Source: Diadema antillarum
Lineage: Eukaryota
Reading direction: 5' to 3'
NCBI RefSeq assembly: GCF_040938485.1
Contig: NW_027272185.1
Span: 310,001 to 374,000 of the forward strand
DNA length: 64,000 nucleotides
Under the pieces are notes generated by a model. The model saw only the letters and a list, made by a program, of their open reading frames with translations. It was not told the origin of the DNA and did no database searches. This document shows positions 50,242-63,955 of the stretch, piece after piece (the first letter of the stretch is position 1; every line of letters starts with the position of its first letter). A program made the position numbers and the translations under genes.

Positions 50242-50565
50242 CAGAGACTCCAACCCTCCCGCTTTCGACTGGAGATCTCCCGCCGAAAGCCCATTTTGGC
50301 ACAATCTCCCGTTCTCCCCGCTTGAGATTTGATTTCTCCCGCCCTGGCTCTGTGTCTCCCGTTGGAAAGGATTTCTTACTTATTGCTATATCGTATGTTG
50401 AAAAATAAGCCTTAGATAGCACGAGAGAGCATCTAGAACCGTATACTGGACCCCAGCCGCAAGAAATTTCGCGCTTCGCGCACATCAACTTGCAATCTCC
50501 CGTTTACTAGGGGTTTCAGGCGGGAGAATCTCCAGATCAGAAGGTGCTTGGGGTTGGAGTCTCTG
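50242..50565. mobile_element. 324-bp MITE with a 6-bp TSD
   Basis: Perfect 14-bp TIR CAGAGACTCCAACC / GGTTGGAGTCTCTG; CCCACG duplicated on both flanks (50236-50241, 50566-50571); internal ATCTCCCG repeats. Confidence 0.85.
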
Positions 50566-52276
50566 CCCACGTGTAGATAGATTGATTGATAGGTAGATGG
50601 CGAGGTGGAAATAAATAGATGTACACAATGTACAATTCTTTTGACATTAATTTGTATGCTATTATATAATGTACATGTAATATACTATATATTTTGCATT
50701 GAAATCATTTGACTCATGTATTCATGTACAAATTTCAATTAACAATTCTTGAACTACTGCACATCTTTAAGACAATGCAAGTATATCATATTATAGGTGA
50801 TCACCTTTTGACCAGCTTTGAAACTGCAATCTCACTTGAGAGTTTTATACGCACTTACACACATACACAGATACACACAAAATATGCACACACCAAAAAT
50901 GCCCAATAAGATTCCATCTAGGCCTACTTGTGGAATACCTACTCCTACATACATAGTATGACTCCCCCCCCCCCCCCCCCGAAAAAAGAAAATATATATA
51001 CATATACATATTCCAAAGGTATACACAGTACTACTATTTTACAGTTACTGCCACCACAAGCACATCGTGTACTACTTAATCTACACATGCAACTATGTAC
51101 ACCCATTAGCCACAGGTACCGTCAGGATAACCGCCTTGTCGCGACTATGGACAGTGATTATGAAAATAAGAAGATAATGACGATTAATTAAAATAAACAG
51201 ACGTATGTAACATGCAAGTATGTTTATCCAGAATGAGAAGCTGGAAGTGCTCCTAGTTCCAACAAAAATAATAATGACGGCACGAAAAGTTTTATCTCAA
51301 AACCGGTTATGCAAAATTTTTAGACCTCAAAGTAAGTCTTTTATCAGATCAAATTAAAACGTTCGTTGTGACACCTCACTTGTTGATTGAGAAGGAACAT
51401 TCTTAAGGTTATTGATGAAAACATTCCATATTTTCTTATCATTGACTTTGGTTTTTTTTATGCAAACATCTCAAATTGACGCAAGTGGAGTTATTTCGTT
51501 TTGCCATCAAACTCTTCATATTTGCACCCTTTTCATAATCCGGAGGTTTTGTCAGTTCTTAAAATCATCAACAGTCGGAGAGGTCTGAAACAGGCTGGGA
51601 AATCCTGTTTAAGTGATAGCGCCATCTCTCCTACCGTCACCACGACCACACCTACAATCATCATCACCATCTACAGAATTTTGTTGACTACCTGGCTGTG
51701 ATCATGATGCCCCGCTGTCTTCACATTTACATGCTGGATGTAGCTGTTATCACGCACAATTGTTTGTTAAGCTGTTTTTCTGTTCTTGCTGGCTCGCATG
51801 GAAACCAGTGATGCCCTTTTAAGTGACATTCACAGCTCGTGAAATGGGGAAGATTGCTCGCAACTCTAATTCAGTGAAATTTGGAGTCTATTTCTGTTGC
51901 ATGTGTAGATAGGCCTATTTAAACAGGAACCACGTTTACAGAGCGCAGCTCGATTATCTGCGAGCCAGAATTCTTGTCTTATCACCAAAATATAAAGCAT
52001 GCACTTACTGTCAGACAGATAGACAGACAGACAGATATTGAAATACAAGGTTCCAAATATCATGACGAATTAGTAATTTCATTTACACTTACCTTACATG
52101 ATATATGGACGAGATGATGATGATGTGATTGAATCCCAAGTCTTTCATTTATCTGCAAACAACGCCTTACTGAAATTCCTTTTGATTCGAAGTGTTTCAA
52201 TGAATAAATATTCATAACTTGTCTTTTAAGATCTAGGTAAGCTACCAAATTATCAATGAAAATAATTTATGCAATA

Positions 52277-52443
52277 CAGGGGCGGATCCAGGAATTCTGT
52301 AAAGGGGGGCGTGACTATAATATTTCTGGTGGCACTTCCGGGTTTCATTTCATTCTTTTTTCTTTTTATTTCTTTTGTTTTTCACGAAAAATAAAAGGGG
52401 GGCGTGCGCCGGTTGCGCCCCCCCCCCTCTGGATCCGCCACTG
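52277..52443. mobile_element. Short GC-cored non-autonomous element
   Basis: TIR CAG(G/T)GGCGGATCCAG; perfect 5-bp TSD CAATA (52272-52276, 52444-52448). Confidence 0.85.
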
Positions 52444-53043
52444 CAATAATATTTTCCAGTATATGAAAACATCGTTTTGAATTAGTGAATTGATGGCACC
52501 ATCGCCTTGATTAATGTGGTCATCGCGAAAAAAACAAAACACAACACAACTAAACAAAGCATGTCAAAATAACTACCTAATTTCATGATTCTCTCCACTT
52601 CTCTGATCTACAGATAAAAGATTGACTGTTTATCGCTTGATCTCATCCCCATTAGAAACATCAGAATACAATGATAGTTCATGCTAAGACATGCACAATT
52701 TACACAGACATACGCAGGTAATTATATTCGCCGGAATAACACAATGCCCCCTTTACACCCCCCCCCCCCCCACACACACACATACACACACTCACACCTA
52801 CTCACATTAATACAAATTCACATAGTACACAAGCTGTGTGCACATTCGTATACACACAATCACACTCACAAATACACAAATGTAAGACTTGGATGCATAC
52901 AACTCCTTACCAATAAATTTAATTACAAATTTGATTTGCAATGGAAAATTACCCATATGCATTCTTTTCAGAGGACGCCATCAAAGTAAAACTCAAGTCG
53001 CCTAAGATGGCGATCTCCTAAATTTCTCTGTAATTATTGATTT

Positions 53044-53249
53044 CAGGGGCCGCGGAACGTTTTTCCGCTTAGACGGAAAGAATGTAGGGGCGGAATCTTT
53101 GGAAATTCAAATTCATGGGTGTTGTGATTTTTTTCCCCGATTTTTTCCCATTTTCATTTTATTTCTTTTTTACAAACCAAAAGTGAAGGGGGAGGGGAGG
53201 GGGCTGCAGCCCCCAGCGGCCCCCCCCCCCCCCCGTTCCGCGGCCCCTG
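53044..53249. mobile_element. Short GC-cored non-autonomous element
   Basis: Perfect 16-bp TIR CAGGGGCCGCGGAACG; flanks GATTT / GATGT (5-bp TSD with one mismatch). Confidence 0.8.
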
Positions 53250-54174
53250 GATGTATGTTAATGTCAATTAGTACATTTATGCATATTGTGTGATTTGTGT
53301 ACGCAATATCTAGTTATTATTCTTGGCAGAATTCACTGTAATGTAATCATTAATCTGTGAAAAATTCAGAAATAGATAAATCAAATTAAATCAAATCAAG
53401 GCTTGCTCCTTTTTTATCAGACGCAGCTTGAACAATGACGTGGGGTTTACCGAGTCTCATGATCCACTCTTTTATCATGCAAATCTATGGAAATGCACGT
53501 AAGGACATCTAATCTACCTGCTGTAGTTATACGCTAATAAGACTAGCGAGAAAGATATGACTTGACTACGATAACAACAATTTATTGAGGAGCTGGGGTC
53601 ACTGGTCTCGTTTCCCCTCAACAATAAAGACAGCCAACTAGCTGTCAGAAAGTTGTCAGAATGATGGATTTCGCCTATGATTACACACAAATACACCCCG
53701 CCGATACGCAAAAGAAAATAAAATTCAATTATGGGACGTTGGGAGTAGAAGTCTATATTGCCTTTCAAGTGGAATGACAGATAAAGATACCTGTATACAT
53801 ATATTATTTTATTATATTTATATTTGTATATTATAAGTAAATAGATGATAGTATGTAGCTATATAATATATTATAGATAATATGAATTGCTTTTGTGATA
53901 ATGTACATGCTTCTTTCTTTATTACACAGCATCTGCGCAAGCCATGCTGATACGTCGGGAATGAACAATATGTCACGTGATTTATACCTTTGTTTAGTTT
54001 GTGATGCATCGTCAGGTCTACAAATGGCATGATTAACATTGTAAAATGAGAGTCACTGTATTTTTTTATTTGTTGCAATTGGTTTGTTATACAGTGTAAC
54101 GCCATATTACAACAGGGGAAAAAAGAGTGTGACATCCTAAATGCTCACTGAAAATAAAAGAGACTGCTGTCGTT

Positions 54175-54338
54175 NNNNNNNNNNNNNNNNNNNNNNNNNN
54201 NNNNNNNNNNNNNNNNNNNNNNNNNNNNNNNNNNNNNNNNNNNNNNNNNNNNNNNNNNNNNNNNNNNNNNNNNNNNNNNNNNNNNNNNNNNNNNNNNNNN
54301 NNNNNNNNNNNNNNNNNNNNNNNNNNNNNNNNNNNNNN
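54175..54338. other. Assembly gap (N run)
   Basis: Run of N ending in a poly-G tract of a GC-cored element. Confidence 0.98.
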
Positions 54339-54780
54339 GGGGGGGGGGGGGGGGGTGCGTCGGGTGCGTACGCACCCCCCCCCCCCCCAAATTCTGAAAG
54401 GTCCACTTTTTCATAATAACGGTTTTTAGCAATTCTCAAGATAACAATCCAAATAAATATAAAGACACATTATATGCTACGTAAATGTGGAAGAGTACGT
54501 TTAACAATGTTAAAAATAATTGTACGAAACCCTTTTGTTGTATGAACCATCGGATCGTCCCCATGCACACAAACACAAATGTTATGTATCAATTTGTGCG
54601 AGCTATTATTATATTGGCACTGCATGCCATGGCCCTTGGCGCGTGTGACCGGTGTTTTTTTTTTTCCACTGGCCGCCCGAGTACGTGCGATTCGTGGATG
54701 ACATTGAGGTTGACACTTGCATTTTTTCACAGGAACAGAGGTAAGTGGATGAAAATCTAATAGCCTCAAGTTTACATATA

Positions 54781-55470
54781 ATGTGACCCTGCACCTCAAA
54801 ACAAACAAAAAGTCGCCAGACATGAATTTTTAGTTAAGACCATATTCTGAAAGAGCACACTTTAAGCTTTAAAATGATGTATAACTCAAATCAAATGGAC
54901 TCTCCTATTGGAAAGAAAGCACAAACTCAGGAAAAGTGTGAACTGAGAAAAGAGGCTCTTATTAAAGTACAGTGTCTATTCAAGCGCTTAATCTTTACCA
55001 AACCGTGCTAGCTGTGCGATGAATGAGACAAAAAAAAAAACAGAAAGTAAACCACCAGAGTAACAACAATGAAGGGATTATCAGATTAAACTGAAATTAA
55101 GCATGCCTCATTAACACATTCTGTCCATAATCAATGCCAACTTTCAAAGCGGTAACACTATCTTTTCAAAAGTTATAAGTTGAAAGTGAAGAGTGTGGAC
55201 AAGGTTTTTCAGAAATGAAAAAGGGATTCTAAAGACACACCTAACCACACTATTCTACCAAAAAAATGTTCGAGATAAACTGCTAAAAAACACAGTAATT
55301 CCTGCCCATTTTATGATACCAAATTTTAGCATAATGTAAAGGAAGACCCTCTCTTTCAGAAAATATGAAAAAGTCAAGTTCGGTTAGGTTGACCCACTTC
55401 ACTTATTTTCAGTCCTCACGCAAAATCAGTGTGTGCGACTTTATGTTCGTTTTGAGGTGCACGGTCACAT
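54781..55470. mobile_element. About 690-bp MITE
   Basis: About 38-bp imperfect TIR ATGTGACC[C/G]TGCACCTCAAAAC.AAC..AAAGTCGC. Confidence 0.75.
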
Positions 55471-55743
55471 ATGATAAAGATTAAAGAAATTTCCTCGAAA
55501 TTACTATAATCGAAAACCTGAGACATTTTATATCTACGTCTCACAAGGATATAGTACATGTACATATAAGTACATGTTGGCATGATAATGCCTGGGGATA
55601 GATTATTATGTCAACTATTTTCCATTATGAATGCATGCTCCAATCAAATTGTGAAAAGGTGGTCATGAATTAGCATTTCTTGCGAACGATCAGGAGAGAC
55701 AAAACAAAATGAAAGGCCTGTCTTACTCCAGTTCTCTATTAGT

Positions 55744-56697
55744 TATACATTTTCTCATGTTGTGACAGTTCGATTGGTTCTCATTTTGAAGTGAGCCAAA
55801 ACCTAAGAACATTCTCACTTATAATTTCCAAAGAGTATTATGCAGGCACGCAAACTCAATTTAGTTGTATTTCATTTAAATGTAATGGGTAAGAGGGTAT
55901 GAGAGAGAATGCTGAGCTATGAAGTAAAATGGTAAAGTAAAAAGTTTGTCAGATAGTATTACAAAAGCCTGAATATTGCAAGAGCTCCGGAGTAAAAACA
56001 GTCGGGGAAAAACCCTATGTATGATAACATTGTGAGAGCGTTAGACTGCATTGTGACGCGTTATTTAATTTACATTCTTTATTCATCTTTTTCATAAAAA
56101 ACACAGGTAATGAGCCGGATTGGGTTAAAATTCTTACTTACAGCTTTGTAGAAGTCTGAGTCAACAGTATCACACAGTACTTCAAGACGTATTAGTACAA
56201 ACGATTTCTTGAGCCTGCACCGTTTCAGGCTCTGTTCTGGATACGGCGGTAGAAACTCATTCTTTTTTGTTGTTTATTTTATCATTATTTACTAATCTCT
56301 TTTCTAACTTACAGGTAGCGGATTTCTTTGCAGGCCAAATTCGGAAATGTACTGTTGATTATTACTTATACATTTTCTCATGTTGTGACAGTTCTATTGG
56401 TTCTCATTTTAAAGTGAGCCAAAACCTAAGAACATTCTCACTTATAATTTCCAAAGAGTATTATGCAGGCACGCAAACTCATTTTAGTTGCATTTCATTT
56501 AAATGTAATGGGTTAGAGGGTATGAGAGAGAATGGAAAGTGCTGAGCTATGAAGTAAAATGGTAAAGTAAAAAGTTTGTCAGATAGTATTACAAAAGAAA
56601 CTCATTCTTTTTTGTTTGTTTATGTCATCATTATTTACTTATCTCTCTTCTAACTTAAAGGTAGTGGATCTCTTTGCAGCCCAAATTCGAAAATGCT
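55744..56697. repeat. Local mosaic duplication A-x-B-A'-B'
   Basis: A 55744-55967 matches A' 56367-56597; B 56251-56349 matches B' 56597-56697; copies are similar but not identical. Confidence 0.85.
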
Positions 56698-57199
56698 TAG
56701 AGACAGCTAGTAACCAAATATGCTACTATAATTATTTTAATAAATAAGAAATAACCATTCCAGTATGTATCTTAGTGTGCACAGTAAGACAGATCAAATC
56801 AAATAGGATAACATCTGAGCACTAAGCCTGAGGTCTGAATTTGCACTCAACTTCTTCCAATGGCTAACGGATGTTTAATTTTTGAATTTCACTGACCTCC
56901 AAATTTCACAAAGAAAACCTTCTTAGCATGATGGTTAATATGACATTTGACTGATATTGGAGATGTTTGCGAATCGGATCTACTACCTTTAATATTATTA
57001 AATCTAAAATGATTATTTGAAAGTTCGGAAATGCTGGAAATATCCTACCACAAGGAGACAAAATATAAATGGTTCACATTTACAATTCATTTTGTTTTAA
57101 AAATTTTCTTATTTATTTTCGTTTTTGACAAACTCGCATACCAACGGCTGATATACTGTATAGTAAAGTGAATGTTTCATCTTCCAAACAGCATCCAAT

Positions 57200-57525
57200 G
57201 GGATGGAAAACTCCAACTGAAAGGTGGACACCGTGACCATACTCGCTAAAGAAAACGCGTAATAGGGGTCGTTTTTTCTCACGGATCAGATGGAAAGTGT
57301 GATGTACGAGCGTATATAATCAAAGGGTATCAAAAAGGCCGAAATGTGGGAAAATGGTATATTGTTCAATCATGATGAAGTACTTCTTTAGGGTGCAGGA
57401 AACATTTAAGGAATACTTGTTTTTAAGGCCCAAAAAAAATCATATGATCATTACTCGTTTAGGGGCCATTTTGAAAGTCCATGTATGAGCATGGTGTCCA
57501 CCTTTTAATTGTCGCTACCCCTCCC
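57200..57525. mobile_element. Degenerate MITE
   Basis: Inverted AAAGGTGGACACC(G/A)TG..CATAC near both ends; outer termini eroded. Confidence 0.5.
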
Positions 57526-57898
57526 GGGACAGTATCAAAGGACCGTTTTGTTAATTAACGCAATCCCCCCTTCCTTTAAAAATCCTGGCTTCAGGCCTGC
57601 TAACGCGGGTATACAATAGAAAAAATAAAAGTTAAAACAACACCAGGAAAATCACTATTCTCAATTTTGCGGCGCGCTACGCGCGCAGAGTCTCGAACAC
57701 AATTAAACTTTGCAACTTCCTGGCAAAATGAGTTTTTACTATTTCCTAGATGAAATACCGTAACGCGATTGCATGCAACAGACAAAAATACAAATTTCCT
57801 CGAGACTTTAAAACGTCATTAAAACAGTCAAAGTTCACAATTTGCGGCGCGCTTCGCGCGCAAATTCTTATACAACTTTTGTAGTTCGGTCGTCCAAA

Positions 57899-57977
<79 letters not shown>

Positions 57978-59839
57978 ATCATTGGTATTGGTACCGAAGG
58001 TCCATTTTTTTAGTGACCGCACCCCCCCTTGAAAAATCCTGGCTACGGGCCTGTATATATATATTCAAACATGCATACTCCCCCCCCCCAAAAAAAAAAA
58101 AAAAAAAAAAATTAAAAAAAAATTCAGGACTAGTGATGGAGGCCTAGTGTTACAAAAGCCTTTAATTTATTCTGTACAGCTAAGTGCAAATCAATCACCA
58201 TCTTCAAATTACGCTGGATCATTCTGTTTGCCCGCTCCAGATATCATCGAGACGTTTATTTGATATGTAAAAAGGTATTTAACCTTTCCCGCCAAAGATG
58301 AGATCAATTTCAACGTCATTCCCAGCTTTCATTGTTTGCTATCATCGAGTCAGCACTATTGGCGCGGAAATTGCCAGCACTGCCAAAATGAACGGAAAGT
58401 CCAATGCAAGTGGAGTTACCATGACAAACGAATTTTTTACTTTCACTTAGCTGTTAATTCGCTTGGAAAAAAAAACCAGCATAAAAACAAATCAAAGCTG
58501 CAAAATGAAGAATGCAGATCATTTGGCTAGGCGTCTTTATATCCTTGACCCTATAGAGGGTACTGGAATTTTATTTTACTTAGAATTACGATACCAAAAT
58601 TAAAAACCGCTAGTAATAACTGTCTTGACTCGTAGATAAGTAATTGATTGAATATTAATGGTCATAAAACAGCAATTATGATACTGGCGATAATGATGAC
58701 AATAATAAAGATAACATTTTTATCATGATTGATATCATTATTCTCATTTCTTTTACTACTCAATAGTAACTGATACTCTCAGTATTCCTACTATCAGTAT
58801 GAATACTGTTCATATTTGATTTGATTTCGTATTTGATTTCACTTTGCTCATATGCATACATGTATGTATCTATATATTAGGCCTATATCATATACATACA
58901 TAATCACCATTAAATAAATGTCAAGCCATAGGGTGACATTTTTGTTCAGCTTTTCTTTTAGTTATTTTTTTTTCTGAACACATTCGGATTGATGTTAAGG
59001 TATAATATCCTGACGAGTTACGTCACAATGCCAATGGTCCGATACTCTACGGACTAAAAACAAGCCCGCAATAGGAATACCTTGAACATGCCCGTGCCAG
59101 TAGGCATTCATTACTGACTGCCTCTTGACAAGTTTACGCGAGGTGTTTGTCACGTGCATATATACAATCAATCGAAATTGATTTTGCATTACACATGGAC
59201 TAGTTTTAAACCCATACCTTTGTGAATTCTCGTGTGCATTACTTTGACCGAGATCGATCGAGTGATAAAAGCGGAGAGCGAATACTAGTGTATGCCTTTC
59301 TTTATGCGTTTGTTTGTTTGATTTTATTTTCTTCAACATAATTTCATACGTAAATCAAATGTCTTTTCTGTGATATAACATGAAACGTTGTTAAAATATG
59401 AGTGCATATGAAATCAAATTTGTGCAGAGAGAAAAACATATATGTAGGCCCATTCTTACCGAGAGTCAAATGATAATTGTTTCGGATGTTACTGAACATC
59501 TTTTTGATGTTTTTAAATTCATCTATTTTTTTTTTCAGATTGCAAGTACAATTGTGAAGCGGATGAAGAAGTTTATATAAGTTCATGAGAGGGAGCTCTA
59601 GACGCCATGTTCGAGCTGTTCTTCAAACAAATGCAAGTTGTCTCTATTTCTTGAACTTACCCACTAAATTTGGCATAGTGGGAGTATCTTTGATATATAT
59701 GAATGTCCTTTGATGATGATCGAGATAGCAAATCAAACTCAAAGATCGAAAAAATCCAGTCGGCTAAATGGGTGGTGGTCGCAACGTTCTTCGTAGAGCA
59801 ATGTTTTGATATTCAAAAAGTAACGATTCAAAATATAAC

Positions 59840-59905
<66 letters not shown>

Positions 59906-60173
59906 GGAGAGGGGGATGTGAAATCTGTTTTGCTCGATACTAGAAAGCCACGATATATTAAGACCGATATCTAAAGATACAAAATACCACCAACAACATT
60001 CGACACTTTTTATCCCTCGATTTCAAGCACGCAAATCGAATTTCAGCTCTGTATCAACTGTATATTTATAAAGCGTGTACGCTAGTCCATTAGATTTATA
60101 TACTCTTGAAAATTTCATTTGAATATCCTTTTTCATTGAATCCATCGAAATTACACCACCCCCCCCCCCCCCG

Positions 60174-60236
<63 letters not shown>

Positions 60237-61011
60237 GATCGTCAGATTCTTTAGTTATCTAGGGAACGGTGTATAGACTTGGGCGAAGCGGGAAAATGCA
60301 TACGTCAATATTAGCAGTAGGCTTGGAGTAGCTGGCCCATGTACACACAAATCGAGGATGCGTGCGTCCAAAATACAATAAATGGTTTTACGTTTGCTCC
60401 ACTCGTATCGTTTTCTATTTCTATGTGTCTAATCAATAAAATATGTAAGGGAGAGTCCTGAAACACTGATTTTAACACGGAGGAATGGATAACTAGTGAT
60501 CCCCACCCCCCACACACGGACACATGCTAGCAACAGGTACTTGTGGCAGACCCTGATGTACAATTCATTTCACTCACGTGACAGCCAAGACATATGTGAC
60601 TCAACAAATTTTCTACTTCTTTATTTATTTCATTGTCCTTTTATCCTGCTGGACATGAGAGCAGAACAATACTCATCTTGATACACCGCAACACGCATTG
60701 TGCCAAGAAACATTTTGAAGCGAAATTACATTCCACTAATAGAGTTATATCTAAATCAATTTGCAAGCGAAACGTCTGCAGTAAGGGACTATTAATATCA
60801 GTTGCTGTTCTTTTCTTCATTTTCAGTTTTCTCCTAATACTCTACCCTTATCTCACACACACACGCACACACATACATGCACATATATGAAATACCAAGT
60901 TGTGACTGATATGTGTGTGTGTTTCAACAAAGCACTGACAGTACTTTTTCTAATGTCAAATATTCCGTTTAGATAATGATGCATGCGAAATTTTCATGTT
61001 CGTCATAAACG

Positions 61012-62151
61012 TCAATGTCTATCAATAGCGCTATCATCTGAGATTGTAGAAGGTGTTGTTGAAGATTTCTTGGCTATTGAATCGATTGCATCTTTTGTTT
61101 CCTCCTGATGACGGGAAAATGTTTCAAATAGCGCCTGGCGATACTTAGCGTTGGTGGCGCCGTAAATATAGGCGTTGCTGGCAGAATTTATGTACATCAG
61201 TGTCTGGAAAACAGGCCAGTATGCCGATACCTCGCTGTGTAATGAATAGTACGCATCCGCTCCCAGCGTTCCCGTGATCGCAAAAACAAGAGTTACCACA
61301 TGGTATGGGGTGTGGAGCAGCAGGAACATCACGCCACTTACGACGAGCATGCGTGTTACGGTATTGCGATCTTTTGTGTAGCGACATCGATCGTTGTGTG
61401 ACGATAGATCGGTCTTAATGCGATCTGTGAGACTCCTTACGATGTTCGTGTAGAGGACGCAGTTCAAGAACAAGGCAATGAAAAATGGAATCAGTTCCAG
61501 TGCGTTTCCAAGGACTAAGAAAAAGGGCCATGGAGTTCCACAAGTGCCAGAAAGCGTTGGAAAATCGTCGTAACTGGGATCGTCTGGGTAGATCAGGCAC
61601 GTGTATTGTATGATACAACGACCGGGGACCAGCACCCCTGCTAGGGCAACACTGGCTGTCCAATTCAGAAAGACGATGCGACGCGTTCTCCTCCATGTAG
61701 TAATCTTGAGATGCCAGAACGGCTTGCAGATGGCGTAGTATCGTTCGATCGTCACGGCCGTGATGAGCAAAACGGACGCGTTGTAGGCGAGGTCTATGAC
61801 AAAAGAGATCGTTGGACACCCTATAGGACCTTTAGGAGTTTCGTCGTTGGCCAACGGTGATACCTGAAAACGCCACAGTTTCTCGCCTACACCGACCGTC
61901 AGGTAGATCAAGTCCGCCACAGCGAGGTTGACAAGGTACAAGTTTGTGATTGTCCGTATAGACGGGACACGAACCACGACGATAAGAAAGAGAATGTTAC
62001 CGAAAAGGCCGACGGCCAGCACGCAAGGGAGCACGTAGGCTTTGATGACCACTTCAACTTCGTTCGGAAGAAACTCCTCTTCATCAACTAGGGTCAGATT
62101 GCGTACCCCATCACAAACTTGGTCGTCGTTGTCGAAGAGTGTGTAATTCAT
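61012..62151 (-). CDS. Intronless rhodopsin-like (class A) GPCR, peptide-receptor-like orphan, 379 aa
   Basis: Seven hydrophobic segments; GN (TM1), NLAVADL (TM2), ERYYAICKP (TM3), W in TM4, P in TM5/TM6, NSASNAYIY (TM7); N-glycosylation sequons NYT and NLT in the N-terminus; in-frame TAA upstream of the ATG. Ligand family not assignable by eye. Confidence 0.93.
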   Translation of the reverse strand: MNYTLFDNDDQVCDGVRNLTLVDEEEFLPNEVEVVIKAYVLPCVLAVGLFGNILFLIVVVRVPSIRTITNLYLVNLAVADLIYLTVGVGEKLWRFQVSPLANDETPKGPIGCPTISFVIDLAYNASVLLITAVTIERYYAICKPFWHLKITTWRRTRRIVFLNWTASVALAGVLVPGRCIIQYTCLIYPDDPSYDDFPTLSGTCGTPWPFFLVLGNALELIPFFIALFLNCVLYTNIVRSLTDRIKTDLSSHNDRCRYTKDRNTVTRMLVVSGVMFLLLHTPYHVVTLVFAITGTLGADAYYSLHSEVSAYWPVFQTLMYINSASNAYIYGATNAKYRQALFETFSRHQEETKDAIDSIAKKSSTTPSTISDDSAIDRH

Positions 62152-63955
62152 GCTGGAAATCTGAATGATGACGTACGCTCCGTGGCAACTTGATTAAGAT
62201 TCAGTCGATAGCAGTTTGTAATCTTATAGAATTTCGCTGGCACTTCTTGTCCGACCTTGAATAAATCCAACTCAGGGACATTTTCCTGGTGGACTATATA
62301 CAATTTGCCCCAACTTTGTAAAACTGAATACTTGCCCTGGTTCAGTATGATGCTGCATATATTTGATTGTTGTTATCTTATCTTCGTTTTCTGTTATTGC
62401 TGTCTCACCCTGCTTAAAATAAAGGCCAGATTGTTTCAAGCAGTCCTCGTAGCTCCCGCTCACGATGAAGAAGATTTTTTTTTTCTGCTGACCTACTGTT
62501 CGATGGCTAGATTATCTGGTGGCTCATTTTTTGCGAAGGAGTCAACCAAATCTCAATCCCTCGGATAGGACATAAAATGGAGTTTCCGTGTATGAGAAAG
62601 TCACAACTCATGCACGTAAAAGATCCCGCTTCATTCATTCATCGCAAAGAGCAGGGTGTTTAATCCGGTGAAGTGGTCCCACCTCAATCCAACATGGACC
62701 CCATGGAAGACCAGCTTAACGTAACTGAATATGGGCTATCCAGCCATCTCCAAAGATGGAAATGAACAAACAAACAAACAAACAAACAAACAAACAAACA
62801 AACAATGTCTCTTGAAATTTGTGGTGAGCTGAAGAGGATTCTTTAGATCCCTCGTCTATTTGAAATATCAAAAATCAATCTAGAATTCCTTGTTCGAATG
62901 TGATGATTTGTTTAGTTGATCCGGGTCCACTTTCGTTACATCCTTCGTTTTGCCAAGTTGACGCACCGTATTTTTGAGCCGCTCTTGAAAGTTCGACTGA
63001 GCTATCGATCTATGATGTAGTTATTGTTAAGACGCCACTACATCAGAACTATGAAGTCAAGAAGTGTGTAGATGTTTGAGCTTTTCAAAGAGAAACATTT
63101 CCCTCTTTTTAGCTCCAGACGAGACAGCTATGGGCGGTAAAGCAGGTTATATCTGTACAATGTATGTAGATTTGTCCCGTTTGTCAGTATCAATAATATT
63201 TTAGCACAACTATCATCAAGCATTATCATCATTGCGAGAGACTTTCGATGGGGTACAATTTTCATTTACTACCTTGCCTTGGTGAAGTGTTTGCGCGACG
63301 ATGACTCTACTTCCTGTCGTTGATTTAGGTCCTTATACTCTTTGTTGGCTCAGACATCCTGAACAAAGGACGTGTCGCTTCAGCTCCACGAGTGACGAAA
63401 CCTGTCCTCTTGACAGACAATCAAACGTTAATGTTCCATTGGCTCAACTGTCGATCAAACTCTAATGTTCTGTTGAGTGTTCAGCAAACAAGCGCATACT
63501 TCACTTTTTTAATGAGCCGGAAAAACGGAGTGAATAATGTATACTTATACACACACATGGGCGTTCCATCGCAACGTAGCAAAATCTGACACTTTTCTGG
63601 TTCTGATTTTACCGTGATCACGATCTACCTAAACTGTCACACCACTTCGAAATGGATGTTTAAATAAGCTGTCGTTCCCAGCTGCTGAGACGATATGAAC
63701 GTGGACCGATCGGCTCAGGTCTGCTCGGGATTTTGCGAGTTAACTGGATTGCATCATCTGATATGCCCGGTTAGCTATTTGCTGCGGACTGGTCTTCCTG
63801 GGCAAAGCGATCGGACAATGCGATCGGTTCATTATTAATATTGGACGGGTACGCAAACAATACGCTCGCGTGACCAAGAATAGAGCATTGATCATCATGT
63901 TGGGAATGTACACAAATTTTGCTTCGCCAAGCTCAACGGACTGACGCCATACCAG

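Noticed and set aside
50057-50488. 143-aa ORF
   Set aside because: Runs across a MITE and AT-rich flank; no coding signature.
62640-62803. Retroelement 3' end before the (AAAC)n tract
   Set aside because: The tail is present but I could not recognise a coding or Pol III motif to support a family call.
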